The notes under the pieces are model-generated. The model saw nothing but the letters and a program-made list of their open reading frames with translations. It ran no database searches and was not told the origin of the DNA. A stretch of DNA of 64,000 nt from the IMG/VR virus record IMGVR_UViG_3300031569_001508, positions 1-64,000 of that record; one strand, given 5' to 3'. The stretch is from a virus. Made by a program: the position numbers and the translations under genes. This document shows positions 56,671 through 64,000 of this stretch, one piece after another (positions within the stretch are counted from its first letter, which is position 1; every line of letters starts with the position of its first letter).

Positions 56671-57065
56671 GTAGAAAATATTTACCAACATTAGCAGAAT
56701 TAGTTGATAGATTATCAATTGCACAACTTAAAGAAGTTTTTATTAAAGATCATAAAAATGAATACTCTAAAGAAATCAAAGATATAACTCATGATATAGA
56801 TTTAATATTAAATGATGAAAATATTAAACTAAATGGTAAAGATATTAGAGCAATTGTTGTTTTATCACAAATGAATTTACACATTTGGCATAATGAAACT
56901 AAATACCGTGCTGGAACAGGTAATGGTAATTTAGGTTTAACCCATGGATTAAATGGCATCAGAAATACAGCTAAGAATATGATTCAAGAAAATAGTGGGG
57001 GGAGAAAAGATTATAAAATTGACTGCATAGCAGCAGAATTTAAAGATTGGGAGATATCATGGTAA
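56667..57065 (+). CDS. Hypothetical protein (DUF4254/DUF6165-like, glycan-cluster associated)
   Basis: TLAELVDRLSIAQLKE...NLHIWHNE. Confidence 0.5.
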   Translation: MSRKYLPTLAELVDRLSIAQLKEVFIKDHKNEYSKEIKDITHDIDLILNDENIKLNGKDIRAIVVLSQMNLHIWHNETKYRAGTGNGNLGLTHGLNGIRNTAKNMIQENSGGRKDYKIDCIAAEFKDWEISW

Positions 57066-57820
57066 AAGTATTAGTAATAGGAGATAGTTGTTTAGATGAA
57101 TATATTTATTGTGCAACAGATAGATTTTGTCCAGATGCACCAGTGCCTATCTTAAAACCAGAATCATATGTTTCTACAGAAGGTATGGCCGGAAATGTAG
57201 CAGATAATTTAAGAGCATTAGGTATTAGTGTAGATTTAATTTCAAATGCTAATAGAATTAAAAAAACAAGATATGTTGATGAAAGGACAAATCATATGTT
57301 TATTAGAATTGATGAAGGTGAAGATGATATATTTCCTATAGCTAAAAAAACACTAGAAAATATTAAATGGAATAAATATGATGCTGTTGTTATAAGTGAT
57401 TATTGTAAGGGATTTCTAACAGAAGATGAAATTGCTTATATTTCAAATCAACACATAAATACCTTTTTAGATACAAAAAAATCTATTGGCAATTGGGCTT
57501 CAAATATTAATTTTATCAAAATAAATGAAGTTGAATCAAATCATAATAAAATCTTTCTAGAAGGTAATAAAGATTTATTTTTTAATAAAGTAATTTCAAC
57601 ATTAGGAAGTAAAGGGGCACGTTATAAAGATAAATTATTTCCCGTAGATAAAGTAGATGTTAGAGACACCAGCGGAGCTGGTGATACATTCATGGCTGGT
57701 TTAGTATACGCATATATAACCGAAAATAACGTAGAAAATGCAATTAAATTCGCAAATAAATGTTCCACCCAAGTAGTACAGAAAAAAGGTACTGCAAAAA
57801 TAAATAAAAAAGAATTATGA
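57059..57820 (+). CDS. PfkB-family sugar kinase (HldE/RfaE kinase-domain-like)
   Basis: VIGDSCLDEY, PDAPVP, GMAGNVADNL, ISDYCKG, DTSGAGDTF; ATG at 57059. Confidence 0.85.
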   Translation: MVKVLVIGDSCLDEYIYCATDRFCPDAPVPILKPESYVSTEGMAGNVADNLRALGISVDLISNANRIKKTRYVDERTNHMFIRIDEGEDDIFPIAKKTLENIKWNKYDAVVISDYCKGFLTEDEIAYISNQHINTFLDTKKSIGNWASNINFIKINEVESNHNKIFLEGNKDLFFNKVISTLGSKGARYKDKLFPVDKVDVRDTSGAGDTFMAGLVYAYITENNVENAIKFANKCSTQVVQKKGTAKINKKEL

Positions 57821-58353
57821 AGTATAAATTTAGTAAAAAATTACCAGAAGTAGCAATCATTGAACCAGAGGTGCATTATGATTATAGAGGAGAATACATA
57901 GAAACTTGGAATATAGAAAATTATAAAGTATTTGATTACTTAAATAAAAACTCAGAAAAAATTGTATTTAAACAAGATGACATTAGTACATCAGTAAAAC
58001 ATACTTTAAGAGGACTACATGGCGATACAAAAACTTTTAAATTAGTTCAATGTCTTTATGGTTCATTACTACAAGTAGTAGTAGATTTTAGAGAAGATAG
58101 TGATACTTATTTAGAATTTGATATGTTTCCTTTAAATGATAAAAATAGAAATCAAATATTAATTCCACCTGGCTATGTAAATGGTCATTTAGTAATGAGT
58201 GAATCAGCAATGTTTAGTTACAAACAATCTACTTTATATGGGGGACCTGGTTCTCAATTTACTATAAAATGGAATGACCCAAAATTAAATATACCTTGGC
58301 CTATTGATAATCCTATATTATCGTTAAGGGATAAAAACGCAGATACTATATGA
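57817..58353 (+). CDS. rmlC: dTDP-4-dehydrorhamnose 3,5-epimerase family
   Basis: DYRGEY, TLRGLH, KLVQC, IPPGYVNGH, WNDPKLNIPWP, LSLRD. Confidence 0.88.
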   Translation: MKYKFSKKLPEVAIIEPEVHYDYRGEYIETWNIENYKVFDYLNKNSEKIVFKQDDISTSVKHTLRGLHGDTKTFKLVQCLYGSLLQVVVDFREDSDTYLEFDMFPLNDKNRNQILIPPGYVNGHLVMSESAMFSYKQSTLYGGPGSQFTIKWNDPKLNIPWPIDNPILSLRDKNADTI

Positions 58354-59291
58354 AAAAATTCGTATTAATAACAGGAGGAGCTGGTTATTTAGGATCAGTA
58401 TTAGCTGAAGTTTTATTAGATAATGATTACACTGTAACTGTATTTGATAATTTAATGTATAAACAAACATCATTATTGCATTTGTGTGATAATAAAAATT
58501 TTAATTTCATTAAAGGGGATGTTACTAATAAAAAACAATTTTTACCACAAATTATTAATCATGATATTATAATACCCTTAGCAGCTATAGTTGGTGCACC
58601 TGCTTGTGATGCAAATCAAGATTTAGCAACAGCTATTAATTACAATCAGATAGAATTTATAGTTGATAACTTAAGAAAGGATCAAAAATTATTAATGCCT
58701 AATACAAACAGTCAATATGGGAGTTCAGATAGTATAATTACTGAAGAGTCTCCATTTAATCCTTTATCACATTATGCTGTTACTAAATGTAAAGCAGAAG
58801 AATATATTATGGATTGGGGTAATGGGATTTGTTTAAGATTAGCAACAGTATTTGGCACATCCCCTAGAATGCGTACTGATTTATTAGTTAATGATTTCGT
58901 GTATAAATCTATAACTGAGGGATGTTTAGTTTTATTTCAATCTCATTTTAAAAGAAATTATATACACGTAAGAGATATTGCTTATACCTTTCTTCACTGT
59001 ATTGAAAATTATAGTAAATTAAATGGTGAAGTATTTAATGTAGGATTATCTAATGCTAATTTAAATAAAAAAGAATTAGCTGAAACTATTAAAAATTATT
59101 TTCCTAATTTAGTAATAATTGAAAATGAGTTTTCAACTGATATAGATAATAGAAATTATATAGTATCTAATGATAAATTAGAAGCCACAGGGTGGAAACC
59201 AAAATATACTATTGAAGATGGCATTAATGAGTTAATGTTAGCCTATAAGATGGTTATTGCAGATAATAATAAAAAATATACAAATTTATGA
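58350..59291 (+). CDS. NAD-dependent epimerase/dehydratase
   Basis: ITGGAGYLG, LAAIVG, YAVTK, LRLATVFG. Confidence 0.9.
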   Translation: MKKFVLITGGAGYLGSVLAEVLLDNDYTVTVFDNLMYKQTSLLHLCDNKNFNFIKGDVTNKKQFLPQIINHDIIIPLAAIVGAPACDANQDLATAINYNQIEFIVDNLRKDQKLLMPNTNSQYGSSDSIITEESPFNPLSHYAVTKCKAEEYIMDWGNGICLRLATVFGTSPRMRTDLLVNDFVYKSITEGCLVLFQSHFKRNYIHVRDIAYTFLHCIENYSKLNGEVFNVGLSNANLNKKELAETIKNYFPNLVIIENEFSTDIDNRNYIVSNDKLEATGWKPKYTIEDGINELMLAYKMVIADNNKKYTNL

Positions 59292-59935
59292 TAACATTAC
59301 AAACATCTAATCCCATAGCATATGACTCGCCAGATCACATTTTTCCTTGGGGAACTAAAAATGATAATTCAACAAATGAAGGATTTATTAATGAAACTTT
59401 AGAGTTTTGGAAACAGAGAGGTAAGGATAAAATTAATTTTTTAGATTTAGGGTGTTCAGGTGGTCAACTTGTAGTTGATTATGTTAATAAAGGACATTTA
59501 GGGGTTGGTTTAGAAGGAAGTGATTATAGTGTAGTACATAAAAGAGCTAATTGGCCTAAATATTATAATAAAAACTTATTTACTTGTGATGTTACTAAAG
59601 AATATAAACTATTTAATAACGATAAAAGAATAAAATTTGACGTAATATCAGCTTGGGAAGTTATAGAACATATCAAACCCGAAGACCTAAAATCATTTTT
59701 TAAACATATTAATGATAACTTAAATTCAGGTGGTTTTTTCTGTGGTTCTGTTTCTATGAATGTAGAAATATTAGAAGGTCATGTTTTACACCAAACAGTA
59801 TGGAATGAAAAAACTTGGTATGAAAATTTTCCTGAGTTATTAAAAGAAACTAATTTAGAATTATATGATTATCCTTTTGCTAATAAAGTAAGAGAAGATG
59901 GAGGCTCATTTCATATTTTACTATTAAAAAAATAA
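59288..59935 (+). CDS. SAM-dependent methyltransferase
   Basis: FLDLGCSGG, FDVISAWEVIEH. Confidence 0.85.
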   Translation: MITLQTSNPIAYDSPDHIFPWGTKNDNSTNEGFINETLEFWKQRGKDKINFLDLGCSGGQLVVDYVNKGHLGVGLEGSDYSVVHKRANWPKYYNKNLFTCDVTKEYKLFNNDKRIKFDVISAWEVIEHIKPEDLKSFFKHINDNLNSGGFFCGSVSMNVEILEGHVLHQTVWNEKTWYENFPELLKETNLELYDYPFANKVREDGGSFHILLLKK

Positions 59936-59937
59936 AT

Positions 59938-60825
59938 ATGAAGATATTACTAACAGGCGCCTCAGGATTTGTAGGAAGACATTTGATACAAAAATTAGAA
60001 AAGGAAAAACATGAAATCATTAGTTTTAATTCTAGCAATTTTACTGAAATGTGGTATTGTGAAAAGAATTCATTTGATATTATAATACATCTAGCAGTTA
60101 AAACAGCAGCAGGTGGTTATTGTCAAAACCACCCAGGAGAACAATGGATAGTGAATAATAGCATTAATTCTGATATGTTAGCTTATTGGACTCAATATCA
60201 ACAAAGAGCAACAATGATTACTTTTGGATCCTCCTGTGGGTATAGTAATGATGTAATAAAAACAGAAAAAAATTATTTAGTAGGAGAACCTGAAGAAGGT
60301 TATGAGGTATATGGGATGTCTAAACGTAATTTATTAGTTGGCTTAAAGGCATTAGCTAAAGAATTTCAAATGGATTCTAATTATTTAATACCCTCGGTAT
60401 TTTATGGTCCTGATTATGATTTAAATGATAAACACTTTATATTTGACTTAATAAAAAAGATAGTTAATGCTAAGAATGGAAAAGATGAAGTAGTTCTTTG
60501 GGGTGATGGTACACAAGAAAGAGAATTAATTTATATAGATGATGCTGTAAATATTATAATGGCTTGCATGAACAACCCAGAAGCACCTAAAATGTTTAAT
60601 TTATCATCTGGTAATACCTATATGCTTAAAGAATACGCACAAACTATTTGTGATATAGTAGATTATGATTTTAATTTAATTAAATGGGATATTAATGCTT
60701 TTGTAGGTTCTCCTAGTAAAAAATTGATTAATACTCATTTAAAAGGTTTTAAATTTACTCCCCTTAAAATAGGGTTAGAAAAAACAATAAAATATTATGA
60801 AAATAGCATCAGTAGTAGTAAATAG
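59938..60825 (+). CDS. GDP-L-fucose synthase-like NAD(P)-dependent epimerase/reductase
   Basis: LTGASGFVG, GSSCGY, YGMSK, LWGDGTQERELIY. Confidence 0.8.
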   Translation: MKILLTGASGFVGRHLIQKLEKEKHEIISFNSSNFTEMWYCEKNSFDIIIHLAVKTAAGGYCQNHPGEQWIVNNSINSDMLAYWTQYQQRATMITFGSSCGYSNDVIKTEKNYLVGEPEEGYEVYGMSKRNLLVGLKALAKEFQMDSNYLIPSVFYGPDYDLNDKHFIFDLIKKIVNAKNGKDEVVLWGDGTQERELIYIDDAVNIIMACMNNPEAPKMFNLSSGNTYMLKEYAQTICDIVDYDFNLIKWDINAFVGSPSKKLINTHLKGFKFTPLKIGLEKTIKYYENSISSSK

Positions 60826-61669
60826 AAATGACGGTTATAAAGATCTAAGTCGAGGTATTATCCACTTTAGATATATGTGTGAAACTTTTGATGAAGTTAA
60901 TTATGTAGATTGGAATTCAAAGGATGGTTCTTTTTTATGGGAGATTGAAAATAAAATCCCTTCAAATGGAAAAATAAAACACTATTGTATACCCTCTAAT
61001 GTAGTAGATCAAATTATAATGGATTCAAATGCCCAAAAATGTAATGAAGCTATTAGTAGAAATATAGCTATTAAGAGAAGCAATGCAGATTGGATTGTTT
61101 CAACTAATTTAGATATTATACCCCCTACAAGAAGAGAGTTAAAAAATTTAATAAAAACATTAGACAAAAATACATTTTATACTGTATCTCGGAGAGAAGC
61201 ACCTAAAGATATAGTGTATAATACAAAATCAAAAGAATTAAGAGAAGCGCTGTCAACCATACCAGCAAGACATTTTCCAGCTAAGGTAACTCCTAATGAT
61301 AATTATAGTTTAATTAATTGTTGTGGAGATTTTCAAATAGCTCATAAAGATGTATGGGATAAAATTAAAGGATTTGAAGAAGAAATGATATATGCCTGTT
61401 ATGTAGACACTAATGTTCAGAAAAAAGCAATATTAAATGATTTTAATTTAGAGGTGTTATATGAACCAGCATTATATCATATGGAGCATGGAGCTTATTA
61501 TACTAAAGAAGACGGTACTCGAGTATTAGATAGTGAAAATAAAGGTTCTTATAAAGGAGATAATAAAGCTTATAATGATCCTTGGAAATGGGTTGAAAAT
61601 TTTGATAAAACTCGTAATACTGAAAATTGGGGATTAGGAAACATTGATATAGAAGTAGAAGTAATTTAA
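60797..61669 (+). CDS. Glycosyltransferase (GT-A-like)
   Basis: NRND, VDWNS, SRNIAIKR, STNLDI, GDFQ, GFEE, YHMEH. Confidence 0.72.
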   Translation: MKIASVVVNRNDGYKDLSRGIIHFRYMCETFDEVNYVDWNSKDGSFLWEIENKIPSNGKIKHYCIPSNVVDQIIMDSNAQKCNEAISRNIAIKRSNADWIVSTNLDIIPPTRRELKNLIKTLDKNTFYTVSRREAPKDIVYNTKSKELREALSTIPARHFPAKVTPNDNYSLINCCGDFQIAHKDVWDKIKGFEEEMIYACYVDTNVQKKAILNDFNLEVLYEPALYHMEHGAYYTKEDGTRVLDSENKGSYKGDNKAYNDPWKWVENFDKTRNTENWGLGNIDIEVEVI

Positions 61670-61678
61670 TATTTATAA

Positions 61679-62029
61679 ATGAATCTCTTAAATGCTGTAC
61701 CAATGGAAAAAAAAGAAAAATTAACAAAAAGAGAAGCTACAAGTATAGAAATTATATATAATAATAGTGAAGATTTGAAAAATTTATCAACTCGAGAAGA
61801 GTTTGTTCAATTTATATTGGAAGATAGTTTTAAATCTATAGAAATGGCTTTAGAAAATAAATTAGATAAAGTTGAATTATTTAACATATACAATTTATCA
61901 TTAGTAGTTGAAATAGAAAAATCTAATTATAAAAATGCACTTAATAATTTAATTGAATACTATGTTACAGAAGAAAATTATGAAAAATGTTTACTAATAA
62001 AATCGATAATAAAAAAATATGAAATATAA
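61679..62029 (+). CDS. Hypothetical protein with C-terminal UVR-like motif
   Basis: Ends YVTEENYEKCLLIK. Confidence 0.65.
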   Translation: MNLLNAVPMEKKEKLTKREATSIEIIYNNSEDLKNLSTREEFVQFILEDSFKSIEMALENKLDKVELFNIYNLSLVVEIEKSNYKNALNNLIEYYVTEENYEKCLLIKSIIKKYEI

Positions 62030-62168
62030 ATTTCAATCTAAAACTTCAACAGATGTATTAGGGTATACTAATGCTCATAGTTTAGAAAAAGCACAAGAAT
62101 ATTTTTCAAAAATCAAAGTTCTTCCTTTAGATAAATTTTTAAAAATATTTGTAGTAAAAGAAGCATAA
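62019..62168 (+). CDS. Small hypothetical protein (not in ORF track)
   Basis: MKYKFQSKTSTDVLGYTNAHSLEKAQEYFSKIKVLPLDKFLKIFVVKEA; overlaps at both ends. Confidence 0.6.
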   Translation: MKYKFQSKTSTDVLGYTNAHSLEKAQEYFSKIKVLPLDKFLKIFVVKEA

Positions 62169-62566
62169 TGGAAGAAGAATTTGAAGGAGCAGAAGATTTA
62201 AAAAAATTATTTGAGAATATATTAGGATCTAGTATTACTCTTAAAGATACTATAAGTGCTACAGAAGAAAGTGTTTTTTGTTTAATTGTAAATAAATTAG
62301 ATAAAGCACATAAAGATGATGAAGCTTTATATGAATTGTCTGGAATGGATTTGTCTAGATGTAAAGAAGATTTATTATTTGTTATTGAGGCATTGTTAAA
62401 GATTTCATATGGTCAGGATGCCTTTGATATGATTATGTGGTACATTTTAGATAGATTTAACCCAGATGGTAAAGTAGTTCCATTTGAAGATGAAAATGGA
62501 AAGCAATTTTCATTAATTACTTCTAAAGATTTACATGCATTTTTAAAGCATAGATTCCCCAATTAA
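62168..62566 (+). CDS. Hypothetical protein
   Basis: 132 aa, TAATG coupling. Confidence 0.7.
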   Translation: MEEEFEGAEDLKKLFENILGSSITLKDTISATEESVFCLIVNKLDKAHKDDEALYELSGMDLSRCKEDLLFVIEALLKISYGQDAFDMIMWYILDRFNPDGKVVPFEDENGKQFSLITSKDLHAFLKHRFPN

Positions 62567-62568
62567 AC

Positions 62569-62599
62569 TTGGATCCCCAATAAATAGTTTGTATATTTG
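62569..62599 (+). promoter_or_regulatory. Promoter with full Bacteroidota -7 element (TATATTTG)
   Basis: ttgg-N18-gtatatttg. Confidence 0.8.
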
Positions 62600-62634
62600 C
62601 GTAAGATTTTTAAAGGTTACGTATAATTATAATT

Positions 62635-62895
62635 ATGAAGAAGACAAATCTAAAAATGATAAAATGTGTAGCATGTCATGAAGACATGCCTGAGTTAAGG
62701 CTAACTAAATTTGGATATAAAGTTTGTGTAAATTGCTCAACAACAGGAGCATATAGAGCTGTATCTACCATTAATGGTAGTGGAGACCATACATGGAACG
62801 ACATACAAATAATGACACCCGAACAATATAATTCGTATGAAAAGACTGAAAAATTAGGTACAAAATCCTTAGATTCATTTAAAACAGAAGACTAA
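62635..62895 (+). CDS. DksA/TraR-type C4 zinc-finger protein
   Basis: CVACHEDMPELRL...CVNC. Confidence 0.65.
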   Translation: MKKTNLKMIKCVACHEDMPELRLTKFGYKVCVNCSTTGAYRAVSTINGSGDHTWNDIQIMTPEQYNSYEKTEKLGTKSLDSFKTED

Positions 62896-62896
62896 T

Positions 62897-63523
62897 ATGC
62901 CAAAAGCAAAACCTTTAAGTAAGGAATTAATAATGGCTGCTGTTAATAAAACTAAGTCTAATAGAGCAGCTGCTAGATATTTAAATGTTTCATATATTCA
63001 TTATAAAAAGTGGGCTAAATTATACGAAAGTAAAACCCATGATAGTTTATTTGAACAACATAAAAATCAATCAGGAAAAGGTATACCTAAATTTTTAAAA
63101 AATAAGGGTAAAGAACCAGCACTAATTGACATTATAGAAGGTAGAGTTGATGTTTCTTCATTTTCCCCTGATAAACTTAAGTATAGACTTATAACTGAAG
63201 GATATTTATTAGAGGAATGCGCTTCGTGTGGTTTTCACGAACGCAGAGTTCTAGATTATAAAATGCCCTTACTCCTCCATTTTAAAGATGGAAATAAAAA
63301 AAATTATAGAAAGGAGAATACAGAGCTACTTTGTTACAATCATTTTTTTCTTACTGTAGGAGATATCTTTTCTAATAAACAATTAAAGGGTATAGAAGAT
63401 CATGTCCCTGTAAATCAGGGAGATGTCGAATGGGAGTTAGATGAATATCAAAAACAAAGGTTAACAGAGTTGGGTTTACATAATGAAAAAGATGATGGGT
63501 TAGATTTAATTTCAAGAATATGA
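62897..63523 (+). CDS. HTH plus HNH-type endonuclease-like protein
   Basis: SNRAAARYLNVSY HTH; CASCG...LLLHFKDGNKKNYRKENTELLCYNH. Confidence 0.75.
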   Translation: MPKAKPLSKELIMAAVNKTKSNRAAARYLNVSYIHYKKWAKLYESKTHDSLFEQHKNQSGKGIPKFLKNKGKEPALIDIIEGRVDVSSFSPDKLKYRLITEGYLLEECASCGFHERRVLDYKMPLLLHFKDGNKKNYRKENTELLCYNHFFLTVGDIFSNKQLKGIEDHVPVNQGDVEWELDEYQKQRLTELGLHNEKDDGLDLISRI

Positions 63524-63693
63524 AAAGAACAAGAAATATTAAAAAGAAAAAACATGATCAAATAGTAAATGATTATGATAAAATAAAATCAAGACATCTT
63601 GAAAAATTAGCAAATAAGATTCTTAAAGATGATGAAAAAAACAATAAATTGAAGAGTAAAAATATAAAAGGTAATTTTTTAGATAAATTTTAA
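63520..63693 (+). CDS. Small basic hypothetical protein (not in ORF track)
   Basis: 57 aa, MKRTRNIKKKKHDQIVNDY...; ATGA overlap. Confidence 0.6.
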   Translation: MKRTRNIKKKKHDQIVNDYDKIKSRHLEKLANKILKDDEKNNKLKSKNIKGNFLDKF

Positions 63694-63694
63694 T

Positions 63695-63991
63695 ATGGCT
63701 ATAACGATTAAAGTAAAAAATACTGAAGAATTTGAAGAACTAATTAAAAATAAGGATTTAAGAATATCAAAAGCAATAGTAAGTGGTATTTTAGAAAACT
63801 TAGTTGGTAAAAAGAAAAATATTTACGTATTAGAAATTTTCCTTAAAGATGAAGACTCGATAGTAGATATAACAGTTCATAGAGATGATTTTGTTGAAAC
63901 GTTAGAAGAAAATCTAAAAACCTTTATACATCATGAAGAGTATGAAGCTTGTTCTGGAATTAAAAAGGCAATTGATTATTTAAAAACATAA
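63695..63991 (+). CDS. Hypothetical protein with C-terminal UVR-like motif (paralogue of 61679)
   Basis: Ends FIHHEEYEACSGIK. Confidence 0.65.
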   Translation: MAITIKVKNTEEFEELIKNKDLRISKAIVSGILENLVGKKKNIYVLEIFLKDEDSIVDITVHRDDFVETLEENLKTFIHHEEYEACSGIKKAIDYLKT

Positions 63992-64000
63992 CATTATGAA

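Noticed and set aside
1-64000. tRNA/rRNA genes, integrase, reverse transcriptase/DGR, alternative genetic code
   Set aside because: No cloverleaf or RT/integrase motifs were seen. Genes are full length under the standard code, with TAA, TAG and TGA all used as stops.

Overview
AT-rich segment of a large contractile-tailed (myovirus-type) dsDNA phage. Essentially all genes lie on the + strand. The host is most likely Bacteroidota, inferred from 13 copies of a TTGG-N18-GTATATT promoter resembling the Bacteroidota -33/-7 consensus and from A-rich leaders without Shine-Dalgarno sequences. Gene order: (1) tail fibres, sheath, tube, tail chaperones, tape measure and baseplate (1-19.8 kb). (2) A T4-like replication/recombination block with a short divergent family-A polymerase, SSB, RecA/UvsX, 5'-3' exonuclease, helicase and NrdB/NrdA (19.9-28.7 kb). 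(3) Lysis and membrane genes (28.8-32.8 kb). (4) Small early genes and UvsE (33-36 kb). (5) A 7-deazaguanine cluster (TGT/DpdA-like, queC, queD, queE, folE) with a phosphoribosyltransferase and a MazG-like enzyme, leading into a split family-B polymerase and sliding clamp (36-45.3 kb). (6) Hsp20, GroES, GroEL and clamp loader (45.3-50 kb). (7) A glycosyltransferase/nucleotide-sugar cluster (51.7-61.7 kb). (8) DksA/TraR-like and HNH genes. Most notable unexplained signals: probable overprinted +1-frame membrane-protein genes inside the MazG-like and PolA genes, supported by local synonymous-codon shifts; GC-rich complementary sequences bracketing hsp20; a +1/-2 tail-chaperone frameshift site; a possible pre-replicative deazaguanine pathway; and nested repeat domains in the tail sheath. 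All calls come from reading motifs by eye; no searches were run.
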